64,000 nucleotides of DNA from NCBI RefSeq assembly GCF_009914755.1, contig NC_060936.1; one strand, given 5' to 3'. Position numbers and translations under genes: made by a program. Shown in pieces: positions 45,459 through 61,702 of this stretch. This stretch comes from the human T2T-CHM13v2.0 reference genome, Homo sapiens. Each line of letters begins with the position of its first letter. The stretch's first letter is position 1. Below the pieces are notes generated by a model. It had not been told where the DNA came from and made no database searches. It worked only from the letters and a program-made list of their open reading frames with translations.

Positions 45459-45678
45459 AGGAACATCACACACTGGAGACTGCTGTGGGGTTGGGGGAGG
45501 GGGGAGGGATAGCATTAGGAGATATACCTAATGTAAATGATGAGTTAATGGGTGCAGCACACCAACATGGCACATGTATACATATGTAACTAACCTGCAC
45601 GTTGTGCAAATGTACCCTAAAACTTAAAGTATATTAAAAAAAAACAAAAACAAAAACAAAAAAAAAAAGAAAAAAAAA
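45459..45678 (+). mobile_element. LINE-1 extreme 3' end (~220 bp with poly(A)), L1PA5-like
   Basis: GGAACATCACACACTGG...GGGAGGGATAGCATTAGGAGATATACCTAATGTAAATGA...AAACTTAAAGTAT followed by an A-rich tail. TSD core GAAAAGA at 45452-45458 and 45679-45685. Confidence 0.93.
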
Positions 45679-48600
45679 GAAAAGACAGGTTTCACTCTTC
45701 GAAATGAATACACACATCACAAAGTGGTTTCTCAGGTAAATTCCTTCAAGTTTTTTTCTTGGGATATTGGCTTTTTTGCCATTGCCCTCAATGAGCTCCA
45801 AAATGTCCATTCACAGAATGGACAAAAACAGTTTTTCCCAACTGCTGAATGAAAAGAAAGGTTTCACTCAGCGAAATGAATGCTCACATCACAAAGCAGT
45901 TTCTGTGATGGCTTCCTTTTGTCTTTTATTCTGGGGTACTTGCTTACTCACCATTTCCTCAATGAGCTCACAGATGTTCATTCGCAGAGTGGACAAAAAG
46001 AGTGCCTCCAAACTAGTGAATCAAAAGAAAGGATTAACTCTGTTAGATGAATGCACACATCACAAAGTACTTTCTCAGAAAGCTTCTTTCTAGTTTTTAT
46101 CTGAAAATGATTTCTTTTTCACCATAGGTCTGAATGCTTTCCCAAATATCCCTTCGCAGATCCTAAAATAACAGTGTTTCCAAACTGCTGAATGAAGAGA
46201 AATGTTTATCTCTGGGAGATAAATGGAAACATCTCAAATCTGTTTCACAGATAGCTTCCTTCTAGTTTTGTCCTGGGATATTAACTTTTTGGACTTTGGC
46301 CTCAATGAGCTCACAAATGTCCATTCACAGAATGAACAAAAACAGTGTTTCCAAACTGCTGTATCAAAAGAAAGTTTTAACTCTGTGAGATGAAAGCATA
46401 CACGACAAACTAGTTTCTCAGAAAGCTTCTTTGTAGTTTTTATCTGGTGATATTTCCTTTTTCAACATGGACCTCAATGTGCTCCCCAATATCCTTTTGA
46501 ATTATGAAAAGACAATGTTTCCAAACTACTGAATAAAAAGTACAGTTTAACTAGGTAGGATGAACGCATACATCACAAAGCAGTTTTTCAGAAAGCTTTC
46601 ATCTAGATTGTATCCTGGGATATTCACTTTCTCACCTTTGGGCTCATTGAGCTCCCAAATGTCCATTCACAGAATGAACAAAAACAATGTTTCCACAGAA
46701 TGGACAAAAACAGTGTTTCCAAACTGCTCAATCAAAACAAAGGTATAAATCCGTGAGATGAATGCACACATCACAAGGCAGTTTCTCAGAAAGCTTCTTA
46801 ATAGTTTTTATCTGAAGATAATTTCTTTTGCAAAATAGGCCTCAAATCTCTCCCTTCACAGATTCTACAAAAAGAGTGTTTCCAATCTGCTGAATGAAAA
46901 GAAACTTTTAATCCTAGGAGATGAATGCACACATCAAAAATCGTTTCCTCAGATTGAATCCTTCTAGTTTTTATCCTGGGATATTCTCGTTTTCATGATT
47001 GGCCTCAATGAGATCACAAATGTCCATTTGCACAATGGACAAAAAGAGTGTTTCAAACGGCTGAATGAAAATAAATATTTAACTCTCTGAGGTGAATGCA
47101 CACATCACAAAGTAATTTCCCAGAAAGCTTCTTTCAGGTTTTAAACTGAAGATATTTTATTTTTCCCCTTAGGTATCATTGTGCTCCCAAATATCCCTTT
47201 GCAGATTTTACAAAAAAAAAGTTTCTAAACTGCTTAATGAATAGAATAGTTTAAGTCTGCAAGATGAACGCACACAACAGATAGCGGTTTCTCAGATAAC
47301 TTCCTTCTAGTTTTATCCTGGGATATTTGCTTTTTTGACACTGGCCTTAATGAGCTCCCAAACGTCCACTCCAGAATGGACAAAACCAGTGTTTCCAAAA
47401 TGCTGACTCAAAAGAAAAGTTTAACTACATGAGATGAATGCACACAACACAAAGCAGTTTCTCAGAAAACTTCTTTCTAGTTTTTATCTGAAGATATATT
47501 GTTTTTCACCACAGGCCTCAATGCACTCCAAAATATCACTTCACAGATCCTACAAAAACAGTGCTTCCAAACAGCTGAATGAAGAGAAATTTTTAACTCT
47601 GTGAGATGAATACACACATCATAAAGTGGTTTCTCAGATAGCTCCCTTTTAGATTTCATCCTGGGATATTCACGTTTTTGCCACTGGCCTCAAAGAGCCC
47701 AAAATGTCCATATGCAGAATGGATAAAAACAGGGTTTCCAAATTGCTGAAAAAAAGAAAGTTTTAATGCTTTGACATAAATGCACACATCATAAAGCAGG
47801 CTCTCAGAAAGCTTCTTTCTATTTTTTATCTGAAGATATTTTCCTTTTCACCATAGGCCTCAATGCACTCCCAAATATCAATTGGTGGACTTTACAAAAT
47901 CAGTGTTTCCAAACTGCTGCATCAAATCAAAGTTTAACTCTATGAGACGAATGCACAGATCACAAAGCAGTTTCTCATAAAACTTCTTTGTAGTTTTGAT
48001 CTGATGATATATTGTTTTTCACCATAGGCCTCAATGAACTCCCAAATATCAATTTGCAGATTCTTCAAAAACAGTGCTTCCAAACTGCTGAATGAAAAGA
48101 AAATTTTACTCTTCAAGATGAATGCACACATCACAAAGTGGTTTCTCAGAAGGCTTCCTTCTAGATTTTATCCTGAGATATTCACTTCTTTGCCATTGGC
48201 CTCAATGAGCTCCCAAATGTCCATTTGCAGAATGGACAAAAACAGTGTTTCCAATCTGCTGAATCAAAATAAATGTTGAACTCTGTGAGATGAATGCACA
48301 AACCTCATAGCAGTTTCTCAGAAAGCTGCTTTCCAGTTTTATCTGAAAATATTTTCTCTTTTACCATGGACCTCAGTGTGCTCTCAAATGTACCTTTGTA
48401 GTTTGTACAGAAACAGTGTTTCCAAACTGCTGAATGAAAATAATGTTTTAACCCTATGAGATAAATGTGCACATTGCAATGCAGTTTCTCAGATACCTTC
48501 CTTCTAGTTTTTATCCTGGGATATTGCCTTTTTTTTGCCTTGACCTCAATGAGTTCACAAATGTCCATTTGCAGAATGGACAAAAACCATGTTTCCAAAC

Positions 48601-51600
48601 TGCTGAATCAAAAGAAATGTTGAACTCTGTGAGATGAATGCACACATCACAAAACAGTTTCTCAGATAGCTTCTTTCTAGTTTTTATCTGAAGATATTTT
48701 CTTTTTCTCCATTGCCCTCAATGTGTTCCCAAATATCTCTTCAAAGATTGTAAAAAAACAGTGTTTCCAAACTGTTGAATGAAAAGAAAGTTTTAACTCC
48801 ATGAGATGAATGTGCACATGACAAAGTGGTTTCTCAGATAACTTCCTTCTAGTTTTTTATCCTGGGATATTTGCTTTTTCCTCATTGGTCTCAATGAGCT
48901 CCAAAATGTTCAATCACAGAATGAAGAAAAACATAATTTCCAAATTGCTGAATCAAAGAAAGTTTTAACTCTGTGAGATGAATGCACACATCACAAAGTA
49001 GTTTCTCAGAAGGATTATTTATGGTTTTTATGTGAAGACAATTTCTTTTTCACAGTAGGCCTCAAAGCACTCCCAAATATCCCTTCACAGATTATACAAT
49101 ATCAGTGTTTCCAAACTGCTGAATCAATAGAAAGTTTTACCTCTGTGAGATGAATGCACACACAACAAAGCAATTTCTCAGAAAGCCTCTTTCTTTTTTT
49201 ATCTCAAGATATTTAGTTTTTCATCATTGGCCTCAATGCACTCAAAAATATGTTTTGCAGATTCTACAAAAACAGTGTTTCCAAACTGCTGAATGAAAAG
49301 AAAGTATTGCCTCTTTGAGAGGAATGCACACATCACAGATGGTTTCTTAGATAACTTTCTTCCTATTTTTATCCTGGGATATCCACTTTTTCACCATTGA
49401 CCTCATTGAGCTACCTTAAGTCCCTTTGCAGAATGGACAAAAAGAATTTTTCCAAATTGCGGAATCAAAAGAAATGTTTAACTCTGTGAGATGAATACAC
49501 ACATCACAAAGTAATTACTCAGACATCTTCTTTCTAGTTTTTATCTTAAGATGTTTCCTTTTTCACCATAGGCCTCATTGTTCTCCAACATATCCCTTCA
49601 CAGATTCTACAAAAACAGTGTTTCCAAACTGCTGAATGAAAACAAAAGTTGGCATCTGCAGGATGCATGTACACATCCCAAAGCACTTTCTCAAATAGCT
49701 TCCTTCTAGTTTTTATGCTGGGATATTTGGTTTTTCACCATTGGCGTCAGTGAACTCCTCTATGTTTATTCACGGAATGGACAAAAACAGTCTTTCCAGA
49801 CTGCTGAATCCAAAGACCGTTTTAACTCTATGAAATAAATGCATACATGACAAAGCAGTTTCTCAGAAAGCTTCATTCTAGTTTTTATCTGAAGATGTTT
49901 TCCTTTTAACCATAGGAATCAAAGCACTCCAAAATATCCTTTCGCAGATTCTACAAAAACAGTTTTTCCAAACTGCTGAATGAAAAGAAAGGTTTAACTC
50001 TGCAAGAACAATGCACACATCACAAAGCAGATTCTCAGATAGCTTCCTTCTATTTTTTATCCTGGGATATTTGCTTGTTTGCCTTTGGCCTCAATGAGGT
50101 TCCAAATAACCTTTCGCAGATTCTAAAAAAAAAGTTTCCAATCTGCTCAATGAAAAGAGTGGTTTAACTCTGCGAGATAAATGCATGTATCACAAAGCGG
50201 TTTCTCAGATAGCTTCCTTCTAGTTTTTATCCAGGGATAATCGCTTTTATGCCATTGGCCTCAATGAGCTCCCAAATGTCCATTTCCAGAATGTACAAAA
50301 ACAGTGTTTCCAAATTGCTGAATCCAAAGAAAGGTTTAACTTTGTGAGATGAATGTACACATCACAAAGAGGTTTCACTGATGGCTTTCTTCTAGTTTTT
50401 ATCCTGGGATATTCACTTTCACCGTTGGCCTCAAAGAGGTCCCAAATGTCCTTTCACAGATTCTACAAAAACAATGTTTCCAATCTACAGAATGAAAAGA
50501 GAGGTTTAACTCTGAGAGATAAATGCACATATCACAAAGCAGTTTCACCGATAGCTTTCTTCTAGTTTTTTTTTTTCCCTGAGATAACCACTTTTTCACC
50601 AATGGCCTCATTGAGGTTCCTAATGTCCCTTGGCATAATGGAGAAAAAGAGTGTTTCCAGTCATTCAAAAGAATGGTTTAACTCTCTGAGATGAATGCAC
50701 ACACCACAAAGAAGTTTCTTTGAAAGCTTCATTATAGTTTTTATCTGAAGATATTTTCTTTTTCAACATAGGCCTCAATGCTCTCCCAAATATCTCTTCA
50801 CAGATTCTACAAAAACAGTGTTTCCAAACTGTGGAATGAAAGAAAATGTTTAATTCTGTGAGATGAATGCACACATCACAAAGTGGTTTCTCAGATAGTT
50901 TCCTTAAAGTTTTATCCTGGGATATTCACCATTGCACCATTAGCCTCAATGAGCTCCAAAATGTCCATTCGCAGAATGTACAAAAACAGTGTTTCCAAAT
51001 TGTTGAATCCAAAGAAAGGTTTAACTCTGTGAGATGAATGCACACATCACAAAGAGGTTTCACTGATGGATTCCTTCTAGTTTTTATCTGAAAATGTTTC
51101 CATTTTCCCAATAGGTCTCGAAGCACTCCAAAATATCCTTTTGTGGATTCTACAAAAACAGTGTTTCCAAACTACTGAATGAAAAGAAAGGTTTACCTTT
51201 GCCAGAAGAATGCATACATCTCAAAATGATTTCTCAGGTAGCTTCCTTATAGTTATCCTGGGATATTCGCTTTTTTGCCATTGGCCTCAATGAGCACAAA
51301 AATGTCCATTTGCAGAATGGACAATATAGTGCTTCCAAACTGCTGAACCAAAAGAAAGGTTTAATTCTGTGAGATGAATGCACACAACAGAAAAGAGATT
51401 CTCAGAGAGCTTCTTTCTAGTTTCTCTCTGAAGGTGTTTCCTTCTTCACCATAGTTCTCAAAGAGCTCCCAAAAGTCCATTCACAGAATGGACAAAAACA
51501 GTGTTTCCAAACTGCTGAATGAAAAGAAAGATTTAAGTCTGCAAAATGGATGCATACAGCACAAAGCTGTTTCCCAGATAGCTTCCTTCTACTTTTTATC

Positions 51601-52587
51601 CTGGGATATTCAATTTTTCATACTTAGCCTCAAGGAGGTCCTAAGTGTCCATTTGCAGAATGGACAAAAACAGTGTTTCCAAACTGCTGAATATAAAGAA
51701 AATTTTAACTCCACAAGGTGAATGCACAAATCACAAAGTGGTGTCTCAGAAATCTTCCTTGTAGTTTTAATCCTGGGATACTTGCTTTTTTGCCTTTGGC
51801 CTCAAAGGGCTCCCAAATGTCCATTTGCAGAATAAACAAAAATAGTGTTTCCAAACTGCCTAAAAAAAGAAAGGTTTAACTCTTTGCAATGAATGCACAC
51901 ATCACAAAGTAGTTTTCCAGAAAGCTTCTTTCTAGTTTTTATCTGAAGTTGTTTCCTTTTTCACCATAGACCGCAATGAATTACCAAATATCCCTTCACA
52001 GATTTTACAAAAGAGTGTTTTCAAACAGTTGAATGAAAAGAAAGGGTTAACTCTACCAGCTGAATGCACACATCACAAAGCAGTTTCTCAGATAGCTTCC
52101 TGCTGGTTTTTATTCTGGGATATTTGCTTTTTTGCCATTTTCCTCAAAAAGCTTACAATGTCCCTCAGAGAATGGACAAAAAGAGTGTTTCCAAACTGCT
52201 GAATCAAAAGAAATGTTAAAGTCTTTGAGATAAATGAGCACATAACAATCCAGTTTCTCAGAAAGCTTATTTCTAATTTTTACCTAAAGGAGTTTTCTTT
52301 TGCACCATAGGCCTCAATGCTCTCCCAAATAAAACTTTGTGGATTCTACAAAAACAGTGTTTCCAAACTGCTGAATGAAGGAAAGGTTTAAGTCTGCCAG
52401 ATGATTGCAAACATCACAAAGAGGTTTTTCAGATAGCTTCCTTCTAGTTTTTATCCTGGGATATTCGCTTTTTCACCATTGGCCTCAATGAACTCCCAAA
52501 TATTCCTTCACAGATTCTACAAAAACAGTGTTTCCAAACTGCTGAATGAAAAGAAAAATTTAATTCTGCAAGATGAAAGAACACATC
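45679..52587. repeat. Alpha satellite, old irregular dimeric layer
   Basis: Two alternating monomer types with 171-bp period. Confidence 0.92.
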
Positions 52588-53647
52588 TATTGGGAGAACC
52601 TGCCCCTGATAATTCAAGTAGGCTCTTTTCTATTTTCCTTAAGTTTTGGCTGGTCTGAGAAATAAAGGGAAACAGTGCAAAAGAGAGAAATTTTAAAGCT
52701 GGGTATCTGGGGAAGATATCACATGTCAGCAGGTTCTGTGATGTCGCTCAAGCCGCAAAACCAGGAAGTATTTATTAATGATTTTCAAAAGGGGAGGGAG
52801 TATATGAATATGGTTTGGGTCACAGAGATCACATGTTTCACACTCAAATAAAATATCACAAGGTAAATGGAGACAGGGAAAATGGATCACAGGTCCACAG
52901 GACCAGGGCAAAATTAAAATTGCAATGAAGTTTTGGGCATGCATTGTCTTTTATAATGTCTTATCAGGAGACGGAGTTTGAGAGCAGAGAACTGGTCTTA
53001 CCAAAATTTATTAGGAGGGAATTTCCTCATCCTAATAAGCCTGGGAACCCTACAGGGGTCAGGGCTTATTTCATGCCTTATCAATGGCCGTAAAAGACAG
53101 TTGTCCCTAAAGCGGCCATTTTAGAGGCCTCCCCTTAGGGACACATTCTCTTTCTCAGGGATGTTCCTTGCTAAGGAAAAGAATGCAGTGATATTTCTCG
53201 TATATGCTTTTGAAAGGAGAGAAATATGGATCTGTTCCACTTGGCCCACAGGCAGCCAGACTTGAAGGTTATCTCCCTTGTTCCCTGAACATTGTTGTTA
53301 TCCTGTTCTTAAGTTGCCCAGATTTCATACTGTTTAAACAATTTGCGCAGTTAACGAAGTCATCACAGGGTCCTGAGGTGACATTCATCTCCTTCAGCTT
53401 ATGAAGTTGGCAGGATTTAAAGTAAAGACAGGGATAGGAAATCACAAGGGTATTGATTGGGGAGGTGATAAGTGTCCATGAAATCTTCACAATTTATGTT
53501 CAGAGATTGCAGTAAAGACAGGCATAAGAAATTATAAAAGTATTAATTTGGGTAACTAATACATGTCCATGAAATCTTCACAATTTATGTTCTTCTGCCA
53601 TGGCTTCAGCCAGTCCCTCTGTTCGGGGTCCCTGACTTCCCATAACA
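52588..53647 (-). repeat. MER11 3' LTR (~1060 bp)
   Basis: Minus strand TGTTATGGGAAGTCAGGGACCCC...GGGGCAGGTTCTCCCAATA, preceded by a purine-rich tract AAATAAAGGGAGAGA (53648-53662). Confidence 0.88.
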
Positions 53648-54473
53648 TCTCTCCCTTTATTTTTATATAAATGTGCCATGGCGATGAAATCTTGTTCATT
53701 CCCCGATTTTGATGCAGGATACTTTGACTGGTATGGCACACTAAAAACAAGCCGATTAAACAGAGAAACATGATTCTATAACTTAGTACAGTGGAGCCCC
53801 CAATAGACTTAATCCAAGTCGTGGGGTTTAGTCCATAAATATTTTCTGCCACCTGAAGTAATGCCTCAACTCCAGGCACAATGGATAAGAGCTTGAAAGG
53901 CTTCAAAAATTTGTTTCTTTAATTTTGTTATGTCCAATGATAAATTATCTTCCCTACCCAGAAGGTGTCCATTAACCATTTCCCATGAATGGTCAGTCTT
54001 GTTATAGGAATACGGGGTGATACAGAAATCCAAAGTATTCCAATTGCACTTCATTTGCATGTAATGTTTGAGACTCACTCCCTGATCTCCAAGCCAGTAA
54101 CAGACTGTCTTAAATCATTAATTAAATTAGCCAATTTTTGATCAATGCCTTGTTGAGAATTCCAAATTTGGGTGGAATTGGCTTGCCAATCATTAACAAA
54201 ATGAGCCATTTCAATGGATTTGTGTAATGCCATTCTCGCAGTGGCATTACATTCTCCCAATAAGAAACAAAATAAGTAGACTCCAGGCAATCGTTTCCAC
54301 CAGAGGAGCAATAGTTTTTTACATAACGTTTTGGTGCCCAGTCTATTACTAGACCATATGAGTCATTTTTTAATACTACTGCATGTGAGTTAACACAATC
54401 TTCCCAAATTAAAGTTTTACATGGGCCCTCAAAATTTTTAGGGCATGGTTTCCCTGTAGGATTATATTGAAAG
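53648..54473 (-). pseudogene. env: HML-8 env remnant (short SU piece plus most of TM), frameshifted
   Basis: [34 protein letters not shown]; [20 protein letters not shown] (betaretroviral CX7C loop); GLNPTTWIKSIGG and a hydrophobic anchor, spread over several broken ORFs. Confidence 0.87.
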
Positions 54474-54536
54474 TATGTTCTTCTCCCATGGCTTCAGCTG
54501 GTCCCTCCATTCAGGGTTCCCTGACTTCCTGAAACA
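54474..54536 (-). repeat. MER11 5' LTR stub (first 63 bp only)
   Basis: TGTTTCAGGAAGTCAGGGAACCCTGAATGGAGGGACCAGCTGAAGCCATGGGAGAAGAACATA aligns to the start of the 3' LTR (53586-53647). Confidence 0.88.
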
Positions 54537-55546
54537 CACATCACAAAGCAGTTTCTCAGGTACCTTCCTTCTAGTTTTTATCCTGGGATATTAGTTTTTT
54601 TGCCATTGGTCTCAATGAGCTCCAAAATGTCCATTTGCAAAATGGACAAAAACAGTGTTTCCATACTGCTGAATAAAAAGAAAGATTTAACTCTGTGATA
54701 TGATTGCACACATCACAAAGCAATCTCTCAGAAAGTTTCTTTCTAGTTTTTATCTCAAGATGTTTCCTTCTTCACCTTAGGCCTCAATGCACTCCCAAGA
54801 GTCCTTTTGCAGATTACACAAAAACAGTGTTTCCAAACTGCTGAATGAAAAGAAAGGTTTAACTCAGTGAGATGAATGCACACATCACAAAGCATTTTCT
54901 CAGAACGCTTCTTTCAACTTTTTATCTGAGGATGTTTCCTTTTTCACCATAGGCCTCAATCTGTTCCCAAACATCGCTTCACAAATTCTAGAAAATAGTG
55001 TTTACAAACTGCTGAATGAAAAGAAAGGTTTAACTTTATGAGATAATTGACACATCAAAAAGTGGTTTCTCAGATAGCTTCCTTCTAGTTTTTATCCTGG
55101 AATAATCGCTTTTTCTCCATTATGCTCAGTGAGCTCCCAAGGGCTCATTCGCAGAATACACAAATACAGTGTTTTAAACTGCCGTATCCAAAGAAATGTT
55201 TAACACTATGAGATGAATGCAGACATCACCAAGCAGTTCCTCAGAAAGCTTCTTCCTATTTTTTAACTGAAGGTAGTTCCTTTTCCAGCATTGACTTCAG
55301 GATGCTCCCAAGTATCCCTTCACAGATTCTATAAAAACTTTGTTTCCATATTTCTGAAAGAAAAAAAAAGCTTTAACTTTGACAGATCAATGCACATATC
55401 AGAAAGTGGTTTCTCAGAAACCTTCCTTCTAGTTTTTATCTGAAGATGTTTTCTTTTTCATCATAGGCCTCAATGTGCTCCCAAGTATCCCTTGGCAGAC
55501 TCTACAAAAACAGTATTTCCAAACTGGTGAATGAAAAGAAAGTTTT
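54537..55546. repeat. Alpha satellite, dimeric layer
   Basis: Register resumes after the CACATC TSD. Confidence 0.92.
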
Positions 55547-55773
55547 CATTTTATACTATTTTATTATTATTATACTTTAAATTTTAGGGTACATGTGCAC
55601 AATGTGCAGGATTTTTATGTATGTATACAAGTGCCATGTTGGTGTGCTGCAACCATTAACTTGTCATTTAGCATTAGGTATATCTCCTAATGCTATCCCT
55701 CCCCCCTCCCCCCACCCTACAACAGTCCCCAGAGTGTGATATTCCCCTTCCTGTGTCCATGTAACCTCACTGT

Positions 55774-59599
<3,826 letters not shown>

Positions 59600-59662
59600 T
59601 ATGATTTTAGCTGGTTATTTTGCTCATTAGTTGATGCAGTTTATTCCTAGCCTTGATGATCT

Positions 59663-60676
59663 TTACATTTTGGCATATTTTTGCAGTGGCTGGTACTGGT
59701 TGTTCCTTTCCATGTTTAGTGCTTCCTTCAGGAGCTCTTTTAGGGCAGGCCTGGTGGTGACAAAATCTCTCAGCATTTGCTTGTCTGTAAAGTATTTTAT
59801 TTCTCCTTCACTTATGAAACTTAGTTTGTCTGGATATGAAATTCAGGGTTGAAAATTCTTTTCTTTAAGAATGTTGAATATTGGCCCCCACTCTCTTCTG
59901 GTTTGTAGAGTTTCTGCTGAGAGATCCGCTGTTAGTCTGATGGGCTTCCCTTTGTGGGTAACCTGACCTTTCTCTCTGGCTGCGCTTAACATTTTTTCTT
60001 TCATTTCAACTTTGGTGTTTCTGTCAATTACGTGTCTTGGAGTTGCTCTTCTCGAGGAGAATCTTTGTGGCGTTCTCTGTACTTCCTGAATCTGAATGTT
60101 GGCCTGCCTTGCTAGATTGGGGAAGTTCTCCTGGATAATATCTTGCAGAGTGTTTTCCAACTGATTCCATTCTCCCCATCACTTTCATGTACACCAATCA
60201 GATGTAGATTTGGTCTTTTCACATAGTCCCCTATTTCTTGGAGGCTTTGTTCGTTTCTTTTTATTCTTTTTTCTCTAAACTTCTCTTCTGGCTTCATTTC
60301 ATTCATTTCATTTTGCATCACTGATACACTTTCTTCCAGTTGATCACATCAGCTCCTGAGGCTTCTGCATTCTTCACGTGGTTGTCAAGCCTTGGCTTTC
60401 AGCTCCATCATCTCCTTTAAGGACTTCTCTCCATTGGTTATTCTAGGTATCCTTTCGTCTAAGTTTTTTCAAAGTTTTTAACTTCTTTGCCATTGGTTTG
60501 AATTTCCTCCTGTAGTTCGCAGTAGTTTCATTTTCTGAAGCCTTCTTTCTGAACTCGTCAAAGGCATTTCCCATCCAGGTTTGTTCTGTTGCTGTTGAAG
60601 AGCTGCGTTCCTTTGGAGGAGGAGAGGTGCTCTGCTTTTTAGAGTTTCCGGTTTTTCTGCTCTGTTTTTCCCCCAT
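59663..60676 (-). pseudogene. L1 ORF1p, disrupted
   Basis: MGEKQSRKTGNSKKQS start at 60676; frameshifted pieces down to TAA at 59663. Confidence 0.92.
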
Positions 60677-61702
60677 CTTTGTGGTTTTATCTACTTTTGG
60701 TCTTTGATGATGGTGACATACAGATGGGTTTTTGAGTGGATGTCCTTTCTGTTTGTTAGTTTTCCTTTTAACAGACAGGACCCTCAGCTGCAGGTGTGTT
60801 GGAGTTTGCTAGAGGTCCACTCCAGATCCTGTTTGCCTGGGTATCAACAGCAGTGGCTGTAGAACAGCGGATATTGGTGAACTGCAAATGCTGGTGCCTG
60901 ATCGTTCCTCTGGAAGTTTTGTCTCAGAGGAGTACCCGGTCGTATGAGGTGTCAGTCTGCCCCTACTGGGTGGTGCCTCTGAGTTAGGCTGCTTGGGGTC
61001 AGGGACCCATTTGAGGAGGCTGTCTGCCCTTTCTCAGATGTCCAGCTGCGTGCCTTGAGAACCACTACTCTCTTCAAAGCTGTCAGAGAGGGACATTTAA
61101 GTCTGCAGATGTTACTGCTGTCTTTTGTTTGTCTGTGCCCTGCCCCCAGAGGTGGAGCCTACAGAAGCAGGAAGGCGTCCTTGAACTGTGGTGGGCTCCA
61201 CCCACTTCGAGCTTCCTGGTTGCTTTGGTTACCTAATCAAGCCTGGGCAAGGGCAGGTGCCCCTCCCCCAGCCTCGCTGCCGCCTTGCAGTTTGATCTCA
61301 GACTGCTGTGCTAGCAATCAGCAAGACTCTGTGGGCATAGGACCCTCCAAGCCAGGTGTGGGATATAATCTCTTGGTGTGCCATTTGTTAAGCCTGTAGG
61401 AAAAGCACAGTATTAGGGTGGGAGTGACCCGATTTTCCAGGTGCTGTCTGTCACCCATTTCTTTGACTAGGAAAAGGAATTCCCTGACCCCTTGCATTTC
61501 CCAAGTGAAGCAATGTCTCATCCTGCTTCAGCTCGCACGTGGTGTGCTGCACCCACTGTCCTGTACCCACTGTCTGGCAATCCTTAGTGAGATGAACCCA
61601 GTACCTCAGATGGAAATGCAGAAATCACCCATCTTCTGCATCAATCACGCTGAGAGCTGTAGACCAGAGCTTTTCCTATGCGGCCATCTTGGCTCCTCCT
61701 CC
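60677..61702 (-). promoter_or_regulatory. L1 5'UTR promoter with intact YY1 core and ZNF93-target segment
   Basis: CAAGATGGCCG is intact and the long-form UTR segment is present. Many CpGs have decayed. Confidence 0.78.

Larger units (their letters stand above)
52588..54536 (-). mobile_element. Internally deleted HERV-K(HML-8)/HERVK11 provirus with MER11 LTRs, 1.95 kb
   Basis: 6-bp TSD CACATC at 52582-52587 and 54537-54542. The LTR start motif GGAAGTCAGGGA..GCTGAAGCCATGG.AGAAGAACATA occurs twice, with env remnants between the copies. Confidence 0.9.

Noticed and set aside
45486-45510. G-rich tract as a novel G-quadruplex element
   Set aside because: It is the standard polypurine tract of the L1 3'UTR.
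53473-53592. 29-bp direct repeat TGTCCATGAAATCTTCACAATTTATGTTC in the LTR
   Set aside because: As I recall, this is a normal internal repeat of MER11 U3 and not locus-specific.
55547-55551. CATTT on both sides of the full-length L1 as a TSD
   Set aside because: It is only 5 bp, overlaps the decayed tail and the L1 5' G-run, and the satellite register does not match across the element.
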